Assembly (NCBI GenBank): GCA_904063045.1
Contig: CAJFCJ010000001.1
Coordinates: forward strand, 3,472,001-3,536,000
Source of the DNA: Dimorphilus gyrociliatus
Taxonomy: Eukaryota > Animalia > Annelida
DNA length: 64,000 nucleotides
Direction: 5' to 3'
Of this stretch, positions 38,690 through 52,255 are shown one piece after another. Every line of letters begins with the position of its first letter. Within the stretch, counting starts at the first letter, position 1. The notes beneath the pieces are model-generated. The model saw only the letters and a program-made list of their open reading frames with translations. It did not search any database and was not told the origin of the DNA. A program made the position numbers and the translations under genes.

Positions 38690-39687
38690 TTATTGATCTG
38701 CTCATGTAGTGTTTGTCCGCTTGTCTATTGATTATCGTGTACAGTGACTGACTATCAGCATCTTGATTGCTGTCAACATTATGAGGGAAAGGGGATAAAA
38801 ATCGTTTTTGGCTGGTCGAGCCGCAAATATGCTATTAACGTTCAATCAGTCATTTTCCAGTTGAAAAGGTGACTTGTCGTTTAGGGGTCACCGGTTAATT
38901 TATTTTAATTTCCCTACTTAACGGGTATCTTACTTTATGGAGCGTGTAAACCAGACAAATTCTATCAACCTAAAACCTTAGTTCGCTAGGGCCGTCGCTC
39001 ATTCATTCATTCATTCATTCATTTTCCCGCTATTGTTTTTCTACGAAATAGAAGCACACTCTTCCCTAAAAGATAAGAAAACGAATACAAAGATTGGAAA
39101 TCTTCCGCGTTTGTTTTATTCTTTATATTCTGCTTCTTTGAGAGATAGAGGAGAGATATATAGTTCAAATGATCTTTCCATTTATATCTGTTTGCCTAAT
39201 AAACGATGACATTGGATTTTAAGAAGTTTGTATAGAATTGTTAAACGATTAATGATAATTTCAATTTTTTATCCGTTCAAAAAAGTTCAATAACAAAAGG
39301 AGAAAATGCTACCTTGATCCGTTTTTTGTGTTTTATTGATTAAGTTGCCTATAGTTTTACAGTAAGATTTTTTTTAAAAAAGTGTTGCATCATCAATTTT
39401 TTCTTTATTTTATATTTTTTAACCAGAAATTCTAACAAATAAGAAAAAAAAACACGTTATTGTCTCTGTTTCCATATACTTCTTCTTCTTCTTCTTCTTC
39501 TTCTTTTCTTGTTCATCTTCTCCTCATCCTCCTCTTTTTCCTTTATAAACAGTCTTTTCTTTATTTAAATCTTTAAAAACTCATCGACTAGTCTTTATAC
39601 TTTCAATGGAGAGAAATTGAAAAAGAAAAATAGAAACAGGTTTGTATTGTGTGTAAAGAGAGAAAGAGAGAGAGATAGAAAAAACAC

Positions 39688-42531
39688 TCAATCTTCATTC
39701 TCATAGTTAACTAGGGGTCTCTGCAAGGACGGAGGGGGGAATGAACATGTAGAATTTCGTTGATTGTCCAACTCTCTTATCTGTCCAACTTCCGTGGGAA
39801 ATTCTGAAAATGATCTGCATACGATAACGACAGAAGAGATCTGAAAAAAATGAAATTAATGAATATGTCAGAATCAAATCCGCCAGATGGCCGTTTATCT
39901 AAATAAAACTTACATTTGAGAGGAATAATACAATTAATATTCCCAATTTGATAGTTGCGATATTAGGATCAATTGTTCCGAGGATTCTCCTCTCTTTCTC
40001 GCAAGCCGATTTACTATGTTCAGCAACGCAGTGAACTATTACAATGACCAAAAAATATTTGATAACTATATTGAGCGATTTATTATAATTCTATATTAAT
40101 TAAGAAAGGTGATTGGCGGTGGAATGGGTGGGGTATTAACCCTAACCCTAACCCTACACTACTTTAATTTTCCCCTCTAATGATTGCAATAAGGGGACAA
40201 GTAAAAAAGAATTTCTCTTTATTTTACCGAGAACTCGGCAGCTTGCAATTATTGCAACGACGAAGAGCGGTAAGAGTAGACAAGTGAGAACCAACCAGGG
40301 AATGAGCAAAAACTGGATTTTCTGAAATGAAACGTCTTTTATTAATACAATAGATACGAAGAGTATTGCAAACAGAGAAGAAGCAGAAGAAGATGAGCAC
40401 GCAGAAGAAGAAGAAGAAGAAGAAGAAATAAAGGAATTGGATAGAAAGAAATATAATAAAAAAAAATAGTCGCCGTTTAGCTAATGGACTGGTTTTCATA
40501 TATATTTTTTTCCCATTTTCCAGTTTTACGATAGCTACAGTCGCAACTAGACTATTCGTAAACATGATTTTACCATTTCTCCGTTAAATTAAATTGTTGG
40601 TAACGTGCCTCGGGTTCGGACGTTTTTTTTTCCCACTAGTAACACACACACTCAGTCATTCTCTCTCTCTCTCATCTCTCTTTTCTCATCCAATCGAATT
40701 CTACGTTTTATTTAGATATTTATTTATATAAACGTATTAATAATATGTTGAACCTTTTTTCTTATTATTGTCTATTTGCTTCTCTCCCCGCTTCCACTCT
40801 TTTTCATCATTTCTCTCTCTCTCTCTCTTTCATCTTTTCTTTCTCCTATCTACATGCTATGTTTGTATATGTTAAAGAATTTTAGTTAGTACTTTAACGC
40901 TATAAACCAGTCGACTCTTTAATGATCCTTATCTAATTTCCAAGGGATTAATCCTGTTAATTTTATCCGGATATCCGTTGAGGCTATCTATTCTAGGTAA
41001 CAATTGATTTCCGATTGCCTCTTTAGAAGCTTTGAAATATAAATGCTTCTGTATGTATAAAAAAGAAGAGAGAAAATCAATGCAAATATCCCCAAATGGA
41101 ATTGGCTAAGTGCTGCAGTCGTTTTTGCAGATCAGTTTACCGTAGTCAAACAGTGTTTTTTTTGGTCCCAAATGCCTTCAGTACACGTCTTTCCCTCCCT
41201 ACAAGCTAATAAACAAGGAAAAAGACTTGAACGAGTTTTCTAACAAACAGGTTCAGCAGTGCTTTTAGTTTTATTAAGTGAAATACAAAGAGAGAGAGAG
41301 AAAGAGAGAGAGAGAGAAACTGATAAACAGAGAGGCAGAACAAATCGAACATAGAGAAAAAGGGCCTTGTTTTACCTAATATTTAATATTTTTTGTATAT
41401 ATATTTGTAATATAAATGGGCTTAGTTGGCGTAGCAAAGTTATTCATTGGTCCTTAATATTTCCAGAATACCTATATAATCTGATTATAGGAGATAAATT
41501 AACGAAATTAACTAATCAATAAAAGTAACGAATTAGAAATCAGGGCGCCGTCGGCGAATAACCAGCTAATCAATTTCTTACGTTCTCTTTAAATCGCTCT
41601 TAATAATCCCGCTTTAAAGGCAATTCATCTGATTTATCAAGACTCTTTTCTAGTTTTCCATCACTATGTCAAACTTGTAGTGCTAGACATATAATTATCC
41701 TGGCAAAAAAACAACGCTTACGCATCTCTTTTTAAGTCTGTGCTTTCGTTGAAAAAGGAGAAAAATAATAATCTTACATATAAGCCTATTCTGTATAGCG
41801 AAAAGGCCAAATAGAAAAGGAAAATATGGAGAGAAAGTGGCTTTTAGATTAGAGAAGCACAATCGCTCCTAATTAACGAATAATTACGATAGAAATCGGC
41901 CTATACATACCTTAACAATGGCAAGGAGTAGAAGAAAACTGACTATGAACCATACGATGCAAAAAGCAATTCCAACGTAGTTTCTCAGGTCAAAACCTCC
42001 CTCGAGAAAGATCTCATGAACGAGAATTAGAGTTGCCGATGTCTGAAGATAAAGGCTATTGAGTGAATGATACAATTGCTATAATTATAATTGAGCCTAT
42101 AGTAATGATTATGACAAACGATTATTATTATTATTATTGTTATTATCAACAACCGTTGTACGATATAGTAACTAATAAACAATAAACAGTATTAGATTTG
42201 TCACTTGTACGTATACGCTACTGTGAAGTATATATTAGAAATTTATGCGATAATTGTTCTGTAGGCCTAGTTTTTTGTTTAAAGCAAACAAATGAAAAAC
42301 TTAATCACAAAGTCATTGATAAAAGAAATGTATAGCTGGATGGATGAATGGATGAAATGAAAAAAAGAAACAATATATAAATAAATAACGTACCGTAGAA
42401 ACAGCAACGGCTATATAAGAACTTCTAACTGATTTGCAGCAATTTTGTTGCGGTTGTTGGCTGCCTTCGGCTAGACTAGTTGATAATTTACTGTAGCCTT
42501 TCTTCGAATAGGAAGAACGAACAACTAGCAT
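39688..42531 (-). CDS. Four-transmembrane LAPTM/DUF4728-like protein, 212 aa, 5 coding exons
   Basis: Exons 42531-42394, 42042-41911, 40321-40228, 40035-39914, 39840-39688; sum 639 nt; all GT-AG and in phase. CCKSVRS before TM1, LLIPWL in TM3, four hydrophobic helices. An acceptor at 42534 implies upstream 5' exon(s). Confidence 0.82.
40137..40156 (-). repeat. Short (TTAGGG)3 telomere-type tract
   Basis: taaccctaaccctaacccta inside an intron of the 4-TM gene. Confidence 0.6.
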
Positions 42532-44700
42532 ATCTGTAGGAACAATTTTCAATTGGTATGAAAAGCTATAGTAGGCGTCATAGACCGTTTGCAACTCGAT
42601 TAACGTTCCCCCTACTCCCTATACACTTTTTACTTTTGGTAAATAGAAAGCGTTTAGCATCATTCCACCTCATTGCCAAAACAAACTATCTTCAAAAGTC
42701 TCCCTCCACAATTGTATACATTCTTAATAATAAGAAAAATGCCATAATGATTACATCACGCTATTATTCTATTTACGATATACTTGTATATACAGTTTTT
42801 TTAATCATTTTACCTGCCTGTATGATCTCCTGCTTAGTCGATACTTTCTATACGAATACTTAGTAAGCTACCGCTTTCTATTTTATAACTATGCTGTCGA
42901 TTGACGTTCAGTTCGTACATGTTTATTTATAGAATAAACACCTATAGGCGCACGTCCTCTTCACGAGGTGATCCACTCATAAATAAACGAACACTTACAC
43001 TATCCATCATTCTATTTGTCTCTCTTTACCTATATCCGTCTCTCTTTCCCTATCTTTGTACGTTTCTTCACATTCGATAATTGTTTATCTTACTTAAAAA
43101 AACGTATAGACCTACTAGCTCTTAGATGACGCTATGTTACCTTGGGCGTTTTCTCGGCAATTAAATGTAAGAAGTTCCTAAATGGATCTAATAGTAATCT
43201 ATACTTAAGATGTTCTAACCATCACTAATTCAGATAATTCAGAGCAAATATTTTGGTACAGCTATATGTCTATGTTTGTCTATATACAATATATTGTATA
43301 TACTGTATATATTACTATATATACATATATGAATATACAGTACAACACGTAGGTTTTAATGCAGAGAGAGAGAGAAAGACCACGCGAACTAGTTGTTTTT
43401 AATTCAAATTCTTCGGAAACGCTAAGAAAAGATGAGCTATTCTTCCATCGTATAAAGCGAATGCAACGCAAATATTGTCAAGCACGACCAATTAAGCTTA
43501 AGTAGAACGTAGACTCCATTCAAGGGCAAGGACATTTCAAAGAGTAAAAAGAATAAAGAATTGCCTTATCTACTCGAATAAAGGTATAAACTCTTCAATA
43601 TAACCTCCTTGACCTTAGAAGAATGGGGTGAAATTGGAGTGACGTCATTTTTTAGACTTGTCCTAGTAAATCGGTATAATGAATACGAACGACTTGTACA
43701 TAGAGAACCGATAGATAAATAATAGTAGATCGATAATTTTTCATCATGCTTTTTTTACACAGCATACAAAATTTTTTTTGCAAGGGACTGGATAAATCCC
43801 AAATCCCTTTTGCTTATATTTCCTTCATCTTCTTTTTCTTTATTACGCGATTTAGAAGCAGCAAAGAGAAGAGAGAGAGAGACAAAGTGAAAGGGGGATT
43901 AAGCGAGGGGAAAAAACCCCCCTTTCCTCTCATAAACTCATTAGTAGTTAGTTCGATACCAATTTCTATTATACACTTAATGTTCGTAAACAAACGTACA
44001 ACTGCACTTAAAAAGTGTACACACAACATATAGCGTGTACATCAAAACAGGACAATATAATGTAGATTGTTGAGTCAAGGGATGACTGGATTTGTATATA
44101 CATTGCAGTTTTATTACCATTATTTATGCTATTCTATTGATTTTCATCGTTTTTCGTTTTACTTTTATAGTTCAATTCTTTTTTAAATGTTGAAAAAAGC
44201 TTCAAACTAAGAGAAAGCGTCTCTCCTTTATCGTTTCAATTAAGCTCATGAATTGGCAATAAGTCACAACGGAATTGCTTTGTCCATCCAACTCTCTTGA
44301 TCGATTTTTTTTTCTTATAAAAATTATTCCATTTCAAGATAAACTCAAATCGTCTTTTAATTTGCCTTTCTCTTCATTCCCTGTCACTCTTACTTTTCCT
44401 CTATCACATTCCGTGCCCCTCTTCTATCCCTAACTATCTGCTCCCCATCTCTCTAGTCTTCCTTTTTCCGATTCATCTTTTTTTGCTTTTTCTTATAATG
44501 TCTGTTTATATTTCCTGCTCTCCCTCATTCAGCCTCCTTCATTCTCGGTAGGCCTACTCTCCTTCTTGTCACATAGCCCTTTTTCAATGCCTGCCAAATT
44601 CTTACCCTCCCCCAAATCTACACCCATAGGAATACAGTCGTATCCTTATAAATATATATTATTTACTGTACATACATACACGGATAAAGAGACGGATATA

Positions 44701-44742
<42 letters not shown>

Positions 44743-44798
44743 TATATATAGATAAATACATATACATAAATACATGGACATGCGTCCGATTATGCCTA

Positions 44799-44836
<38 letters not shown>

Positions 44837-45119
44837 TACAGCCTTTAGCTATCTCGCTCTTTATTATGAGTTAATTTCTTCAATCTACCGTAGTGGCCAG
44901 TTTATCTTTCTGTTTTATTATTATGCTTATATTTTAAAGAAATAGATACGTTGCGTAACATGTTCTTATTATATAATCCATTTGTCAATTATTATAAATT
45001 AACCAAAAACTCACCTGATTCTTACATTTTCCCAAACAAATTTGAATGCTCGATTTCTACTACCGCGTACTACTCAGAGCTAGCAGAATGAAGCGACACC
45101 TTGTAGCGATATTCTCTCA

Positions 45120-45134
45120 GTAACCATTAGCAAC
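45120..45134. promoter_or_regulatory. RFX X-box
   Basis: GTAACC-ATT-AGCAAC matches the consensus GTNRCC(N0-3)RGYAAC exactly. Confidence 0.55.
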
Positions 45135-47090
45135 CTGGAAAAGTTTCGTTGGGATTTAACAATTTTGATAGAAATCTGAAAAATGAGAAAGAAAGAAGAC
45201 AATGAAGAGTTAATGGTCGGTTAACGGGAGAGAGAGAGGGGGACGTGGGGAGGGGAGAAAGGAAATATAGAGACAGATAGAGAAAGACGAAAAGAGAGTG
45301 AAAAAGAAGAAGACAGATAGACAGAATAAATAGAAAACGGAAAAGAAAATTCTATATGACTGTTGGGTTAGAGAAATATAATTTTTGCATAAATATTTTA
45401 TGAATTGTACTAGAAGAGTACTAGACCAAATAGAATATAATATATACATAAGCCTTATATATTGCCCTATATATTGTTTATGTTTTCTTTCATCTATCAT
45501 TCTCCTCATCTTCCAACTCTTTGAAAAGTTCCTATGCTTCTCTTTTCAATATTTGCATTTCGGCTATTTATTTGTTTGTTTTCAACATTTCCATAATTTC
45601 CCTAATGTAAATAGAAAGAAAGAAAGAAAGTGAGAGAAGCGAGAGAGATGGAAGGTAGAAAAAAATACTCGTTTTCTTGCATCGTCACTTCTTAATTAAT
45701 CGGGTATTTGTGAGTTGTTTGCAAAAGTAATGATTAAGTATGGATGCGGTGTCATCGATTAGAATAATCGTACAGGAGCTTTTTAAAAAAGAGGCTCTAG
45801 TGAAAAAGTAGAAAATGGAGAAATTTAAAAAGGCGGGATTGTTAAATTTCGATTCAATTGCAATACGATTTTTCAATTGTTTTTCAACTGGAAAGTGAGA
45901 AAGGAGAATAGGGATAAATGAATAAACAATGTAGTATATCTTCTCATCCGCCTAGCAGAATCGATCCAATGACAAAGTCGTTGCATTATAAGCAAAAGAT
46001 ATTGCGCTCTATCGTATGCCGGCAGGCCATTGGATAAATTCAAAGAGATAATGTTCGTCACGTCTCTCCTCTTTTCTCTTGTTAGTCCTTGTCTTTTTTT
46101 TACCATTTTAAAGATAAAACCAACCAAAAAATTAATAGCAAAAACAGAAATGTATTTTCTATCGTTCTGTAGTTATATTAGGTATTGTGTATGCAAACTA
46201 ATAAGCAAATACCGTACAATTGTACAACTAGAAGAATAGCATACCAACTAGGCCTATATACAGATGTTTTCATAGCTAATTAAATTTCTAATTTTCTCTT
46301 TTAAACATTTTTCTGTTGGCAAAGCGAATCTAAAAAATAACAGGCTACGTGACTCTTTTAAAAAAACATTAATTAGCTGGCCTTGATTCTCTTTTTCATT
46401 TTTGAATATCAGATGGCGCTTTCATCCATCGCATTTTATTCTTTTTATTATTTAAATAAATAAAAATATGTAGGAGTAGCGATAAGTAGAGGGAATAAAA
46501 GAAAAAGGAAAGGAGAAGAGAGAGAGAGAGAGGGGGGGAGGGGGCAGGAGGATAGAATAAATAAACCATAATAAAGTCAATAATAGGGGGAAATGTATAA
46601 AAAGAAGAAGAAAAATAAAAGTTTAAAATGTAGGAAAGATAGGAAAAACTGAACATTGCAATAGGATCCATAAGATCTAGTCAGTAAGGAATAGGCTGTT
46701 TAATAAATCATCCATAGAGAATATAAAAGCAATAATAAAGAAGAATCGACACCGTCCACGGACCTTATACGGGACTTAATCGTCTTACAGCTAGAACGAA
46801 CGAGAGAGAGAGAGAGAGAAAAAGAGAGGAAGATAGTTGAAAAATTAGGAAATCGATTTGAGAAATGCTGAAAACATATCCTCCTTATTACTTCAATATC
46901 CATTTGATTATCGTTCCGTTCAAAGCGAATTGGATCAATTAACAACGATTTTCTTGCAAACATTTTAAAGATTACATAATAAAAAGAAACGTATCAAAAT
47001 GTTCAATTTCCACTTTTTCCATACATATATCTTTATTAATTTACTCTTTCATTTATTATTCTCTTTAATCGCTTTGTCTTTTTCGCTTAT

Positions 47091-47129
<39 letters not shown>

Positions 47130-48988
47130 AGATTTTGTTGTTGTATCTCTCTTTAAGAGAAATTACTAGTAACAGTAATATTTTAATACTGTTTCCTATA
47201 GATCTCCAGTTGAGTTTACTCTGCTTCTCATTATCCTTTCTTTGCTCCTTCGCCTCTACTTCTTCCTCTTCCTCCTTTTTACTTCCAAATTGTTTCTACT
47301 CGAATTTCTCCTTCACGCTCCTTTTAGTTAAAAAGTTCAGGAGCTTATTGACGAAAACGTATTAATTACTCGAAGAGAGCGAAGAAGACGTTAATCAATT
47401 TATTCCTTTGTAAGAAAGTGTTCTTTCTCCGGTTTTTTCTCTTTGACTTTTAGCAAATTCTAACTTTTTCGCAAAACCTATCAAGGATGATAAAGCAAAA
47501 GAGCAGAGAATTAAGCGAAGCGTATCTTCTCCTCGCTTAATGTCTAGGCCTAATGAGAACGAAAGTGCTCTGGGATTATAAATTAATAAGGTAATGATAA
47601 GGGTAGCTATAAAAGCTAGATGAGGGTAAAGGGGAGAAGTTGATAGGGGGGAAAGGAAACGAAAGGGAATAGAACATAGAGAGAGAGAGAGAGAGAGAAA
47701 GAAACGTTGGAAAAGAGAGATGGAAAAAAAATAAAAGAGAGGGAATATGTATTCAATTTGTAATTTATAACGGATTATGCAGGATGGTAGCGCTCGATCT
47801 AAATCATTCTCTCTCCTCTTGCGAGAATTTTGCCTCAAGAATCAATTAAAAGAGAATACCATCAAATATTTTTATAAGGCTCATTTTATAAATGGGGCAT
47901 CGATTAGGTCTAGTTTACCTGACTAAAGACTTTTTGCCACATTATTTTAGATCCTGCCTCAAGGGCAATTGCTCTTTTTTTTCCTCTCTTTTCTTTTTTC
48001 GCCCCAAATAATCTTTAGACGAAATCTTTAAGAAGTCTTTCTCCTTTTTGTCTTAGAAAAAGGTCCTACGAATTTAATGGTCTCTGTAGGCCTAATTATT
48101 CAGGAATATTGTTAGGTAACACGATATATTGCATATTGAGCGAATCGCCTAGTCCCACATATATATATATATATATATATACATACAGTGTATACTATAT
48201 ATATATATATATATATGTATTAGTATGTAGGAATAAGTAAAACATTCCAATGGTATATAGGCGAAAAGAACCTGCGAACTCGAAGAGAAAATGGATGAAA
48301 TGTTATTAATGAGGCAAAGAAGAGCGATCGAAGCGCCATCTACGGTCCTCTTTTTCTACTTAAGGTTGTTTAAAATAAACTGGTGGTTCAAAGAAAAAAA
48401 ATGATCAATAAATTATAGATTGATTTATCCAAAATCAGGGCCTAATTTACGCATGCGCAAAGATTCGTTGACAACCATAATTCAATTATAGATTTTCTAC
48501 AACGTTCCCGTCCAGTCAATCATAGTTCTTTTTTTTTTTGTGAACACCTAACTACAGAGTCGACATAATTAAAAACACAACCTATTTACTAAAGAAAAGA
48601 ATTCAACACAACGGTTAGTTTTCTTCTGTGTTTTTTTTTCGCTCTTATCCTTCTCTTTTTCCCTTTTTCCCTTTTATTTATTTTATAAAATGAATTTATC
48701 AACAAACACGTTTATTTCTCTTTCTATCATCCAACTTAACTTCCATATATACAGTCGTCGAGAAGAGGGAGCGGCGCTTGACAGTTTCTTCGCTCCTCCT
48801 TTATTCAATCTATTCTACTAATCTCCTCCCTATTATCTATTGTTTTCCGCGCTCACTCCCTCCCTCGTTCCCTCCCTCCGTTTCCCACCTACTATTAGTT
48901 AAATAGACGGTGACGAAGATAGTAATTAGCCATATTCAATTAAGAGGCGGCTGAATTATTCACATTTCCACGTTATGACAAAAGCTTT

Positions 48989-49304
48989 ATGCCAATTAAT
49001 GAAAATGTTATAGAGAGTTTGTTTTCCTTGTTTTGTTTTAAAAATAAAGGAAAGGATAAAATTAAAAGAAAGATAGCAGGAGAACAAGAGAACGACGGCA
49101 TTTCCGCTTTGAGGTAAATACAGCTAGAATTACAGAAATGAAAACGTAACATAATGTACACGATATAGTAAAATTCTTATCTCGATAAATAAAGATCTGT
49201 ATAGGATTAAAGCGGAGCAAGGCGCCGAGTTTTGCAGTACTGCGAGCAATCTGCACTGTGAAAACAGGAAAAAAAGTCTTGCTGCCTGTCAAAATGAGTT
49301 TTAA
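48989..49304 (+). CDS. Candidate 74-aa orphan micro-gene, 2 exons
   Basis: 48989-49113 (AG|gtaaat) plus 49205-49304 (atag|G); phase 2 is consistent. No recognised homology. Confidence 0.25.
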
Positions 49305-51108
49305 AGGAGGATACATTAGTATGATAAAGAATAAGTACAAGAGTAGAATTAAGAGGTCCAAATCAAAGGTATAATTAGCTTGTTCTTGTCTTTAGCATCC
49401 GTGCTGATAATTTAATATCGATCGTCTATCAGTAGACTCATCTTGACGATTTACGTTTCTTCGCGTACTTTGCAATCTTTATTCTTTCTAGATAGTAAAT
49501 AAATTATCCAGTTTTATATATAAATATCTATATATAAAGTATATATATCAATATATATGTATATATCTTTTTTGTTGCTTATCTCTTCCTTTTTGAAGTA
49601 TTCAGTCTATTTTTTTTGTCTAAATCTCTCTATTTGTTCTTTATCTATGTTCTAGTAATTAAGTTTTCTCCTCTTCCTCTGTTTTTTCTTTTATTTTTCT
49701 GCTTCTCTCTAACCCCCTCCCCACTCTCTTTTTTCCCCCTCCTCTCCCCTCCCCTCTCCTTTCATTTTATCATAATCTTCCCTCATAACTGCTACTTACT
49801 TACGCTTATTTTCTTGTTTTCTCTCTCTTCGTCTTCTCATTCACTTTCTTACTCACCCACCCAAATCACCCGCTTCGACTTTCAACGTATTCGATCTTCT
49901 ATCTATACGGTCTCTCCCATACCCCCTAACCCAACCACTCAGCATAAAACGGATTCAATAGAAACCTAAATCTACGTAAATGCAACTAGAGAAGGAGAGA
50001 AATCTTCTTATCTTATCTACATTTGTATATAAAGTAATACAGCACGCCGTACCGAGTAGAACGGCTTAATTCTCTTTTGAATCTATAATAGATTTATTAA
50101 TTGCCAAAATGTCTACCGCCCACTTAGCATCCTAGAAGCTTGTTCTTTCTCTCTCTTTCTCCTACTCTTCTTCTTACTCTTCCTAAATTCACCTCGTATC
50201 GTTACTTGTTTGTTTTTGGATACGTTTCGAAAAACTTTTGGAGTAAAGCTTGATTAAGTAATTTTTTTTTCTTCGTTATTTCCCGCCTACTTTCGGTTCA
50301 GTCTCTTATAAGGATAAAAGAGCTTCTTAGACCGCCCAGTAAGAAGAAGAAAATCCATCCGTTTTACAACCTTTAATGTTGGAATTAGGATTTACTTCCT
50401 TAGATAAACTACTAAACTAATTTTGGCCTAACTCTTTAATCTGTCTAGAGCCTTTTTTTTTCATAAAAAAAGAGAGATTCCCTATTTCAAAGAGGAATAA
50501 CAACATCTGTAATATTAATAGGCCAAAATATGCTTTTTTTTCTCTTTCTTTGTTTTTTACCTTGTACTATTTTCTCTGTTCTTTTTTATATCATTCATTC
50601 ATTCGGTTGGTTTATTGCGTCATTGCTCGTTTTAGTACAAAGGAAGAGGGTCTTTTATTCAATAAATCAATCGGATACTATTAACAAGCATAAAAAGAAA
50701 AACTTGGAGCTAGTTTTAGTCTCGTCCTAATCTTCTTAGTATATCGAATAGTGTATTAAAAAAAAACAGTCTTACTATTACTATCATTATTATTCATAGT
50801 TAATCCACAATTCTTAAATATTCCCTTTGCGCTTTTTCTACTCTTTTCCAGTCTTCTTCTTTCGCCGCTCACTCCGTCGCTCCTTCATTCGTATTCAAGT
50901 TAATCCTTTACTATCTCTTAATTATATTTTCTATTATCTACTTCTGATAATCGGAAAGTGACACGTTTCAGTAATTTCTTTGAATCTATCTTCGTTCAAC
51001 TGCTTTCTAATTTCAAAGATACGAAACATTGTAAATTCATATTTTTTGAATTCATAATAAAAGATTATTTCAACTTTTCAAATACATTCAAATTTTTAGA
51101 ACAAAAAC

Positions 51109-52224
51109 ATGGAACAAACTGAACCGGAAGTTGATCAAAAAGAAAAGGATAAAGAGTGGATGGAAAAATATGACTTTACATCCGATCAACTAGCCGAATT
51201 GAAAGAGGTGTTTAATCTATTAGACGAAGGCGGAAACGGTACAATAGACGCTATGCAGATAGGGAATGCTCTAAGAGCTATAGGACAAAATCCTACTGAA
51301 CAAGATTGTAGATCAATGATAGAAGAATGCGAATGTAACGATGATAATACTATTGATTTTGAAGAGTTTATAAGGGTCGTAGGGGCAAGGGGATTGAAAG
51401 GATATTACGACATGCAAGAAGAACTAGAAGAGGCTTTTAAAGTGTTTGATAAACAAGGTACAGGCCTACTGGACGTGCAGGAATTAAAAGAAGCCTTAAA
51501 GAATTTAGGAGAACCAGTGCCCGAAGATGAAGTTAATGAATTATTGAAAATGGCGAATGTAGAAGGCGATGGGAAATTCGATTTTCACGGTAAGTTGCTT
51601 TTTCTTTTTTATCTCTTTACGAGTAGAAGTAGGATGAGTAGGCTGAGTAGGAGGAGTAGGAGGACGAGAAGGAGAAGAAGAGGAAGAAGAAGGAAATAGT
51701 ACGAGGAGGAGGAGGATGATGATAGGAGACTATTATTAATGATAAGGAATAAGGGAATATACTGTATATATATATACTAATATATACAGTATATACAGTG
51801 TAGATATATAGATATATATACTACTTGAAAAGAAGAAGAGAGAAGAGGGGGGATGTTTATTCTTTAGGCATATTATCATTGTAACAATTTTTTAAGAAGA
51901 AAAATTGAAAAGTAGCGTATTGAAAATATTTTGTCTGTTACCAACCCTTTTTTAGGTTTAGCGTAAGGTGTCTACTAACTATATTTTATATAGTGACCTT
52001 TTGCATAACTCTGATAAAAAGGCCATTTCAACAGGATAAGAATACAGCTGGATATATTTCAGCTGATTATATTTACGATTGTAAAAAAATAAATAAAATC
52101 AAAAAAAAAGAAATTTAGCCTATATAAATTTTTTTGGATTAACGCTGATTTAAAAAGACTAGCCAAGGAAACAGGAGTGAAAATATCGATAATTCCTTAC
52201 CTAAGTAATCGTATCTATTTATCT

Positions 52225-52255
<31 letters not shown>

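Noticed and set aside
39761-39771. TGATTGTCCAA resembles the start of miR-219
   Set aside because: Only 11 nt, antisense to a coding exon, and no hairpin.
45685-46127. Minus-strand ORFs of 63 and 84 aa
   Set aside because: No family motifs or consistent splice phases; CCAAT and Sox/Fox-like words suggest non-coding regulatory DNA.
46849-46968. Plus-strand 39-codon exon-like stretch EIDLRNAEN...
   Set aside because: No acceptor tract and no linked exons.
48270-48339. MALRSLFFASLITF..., resembling a mitochondrial presequence (minus strand)
   Set aside because: No convincing downstream exon; the ATG lies inside the CTCF-like motif.
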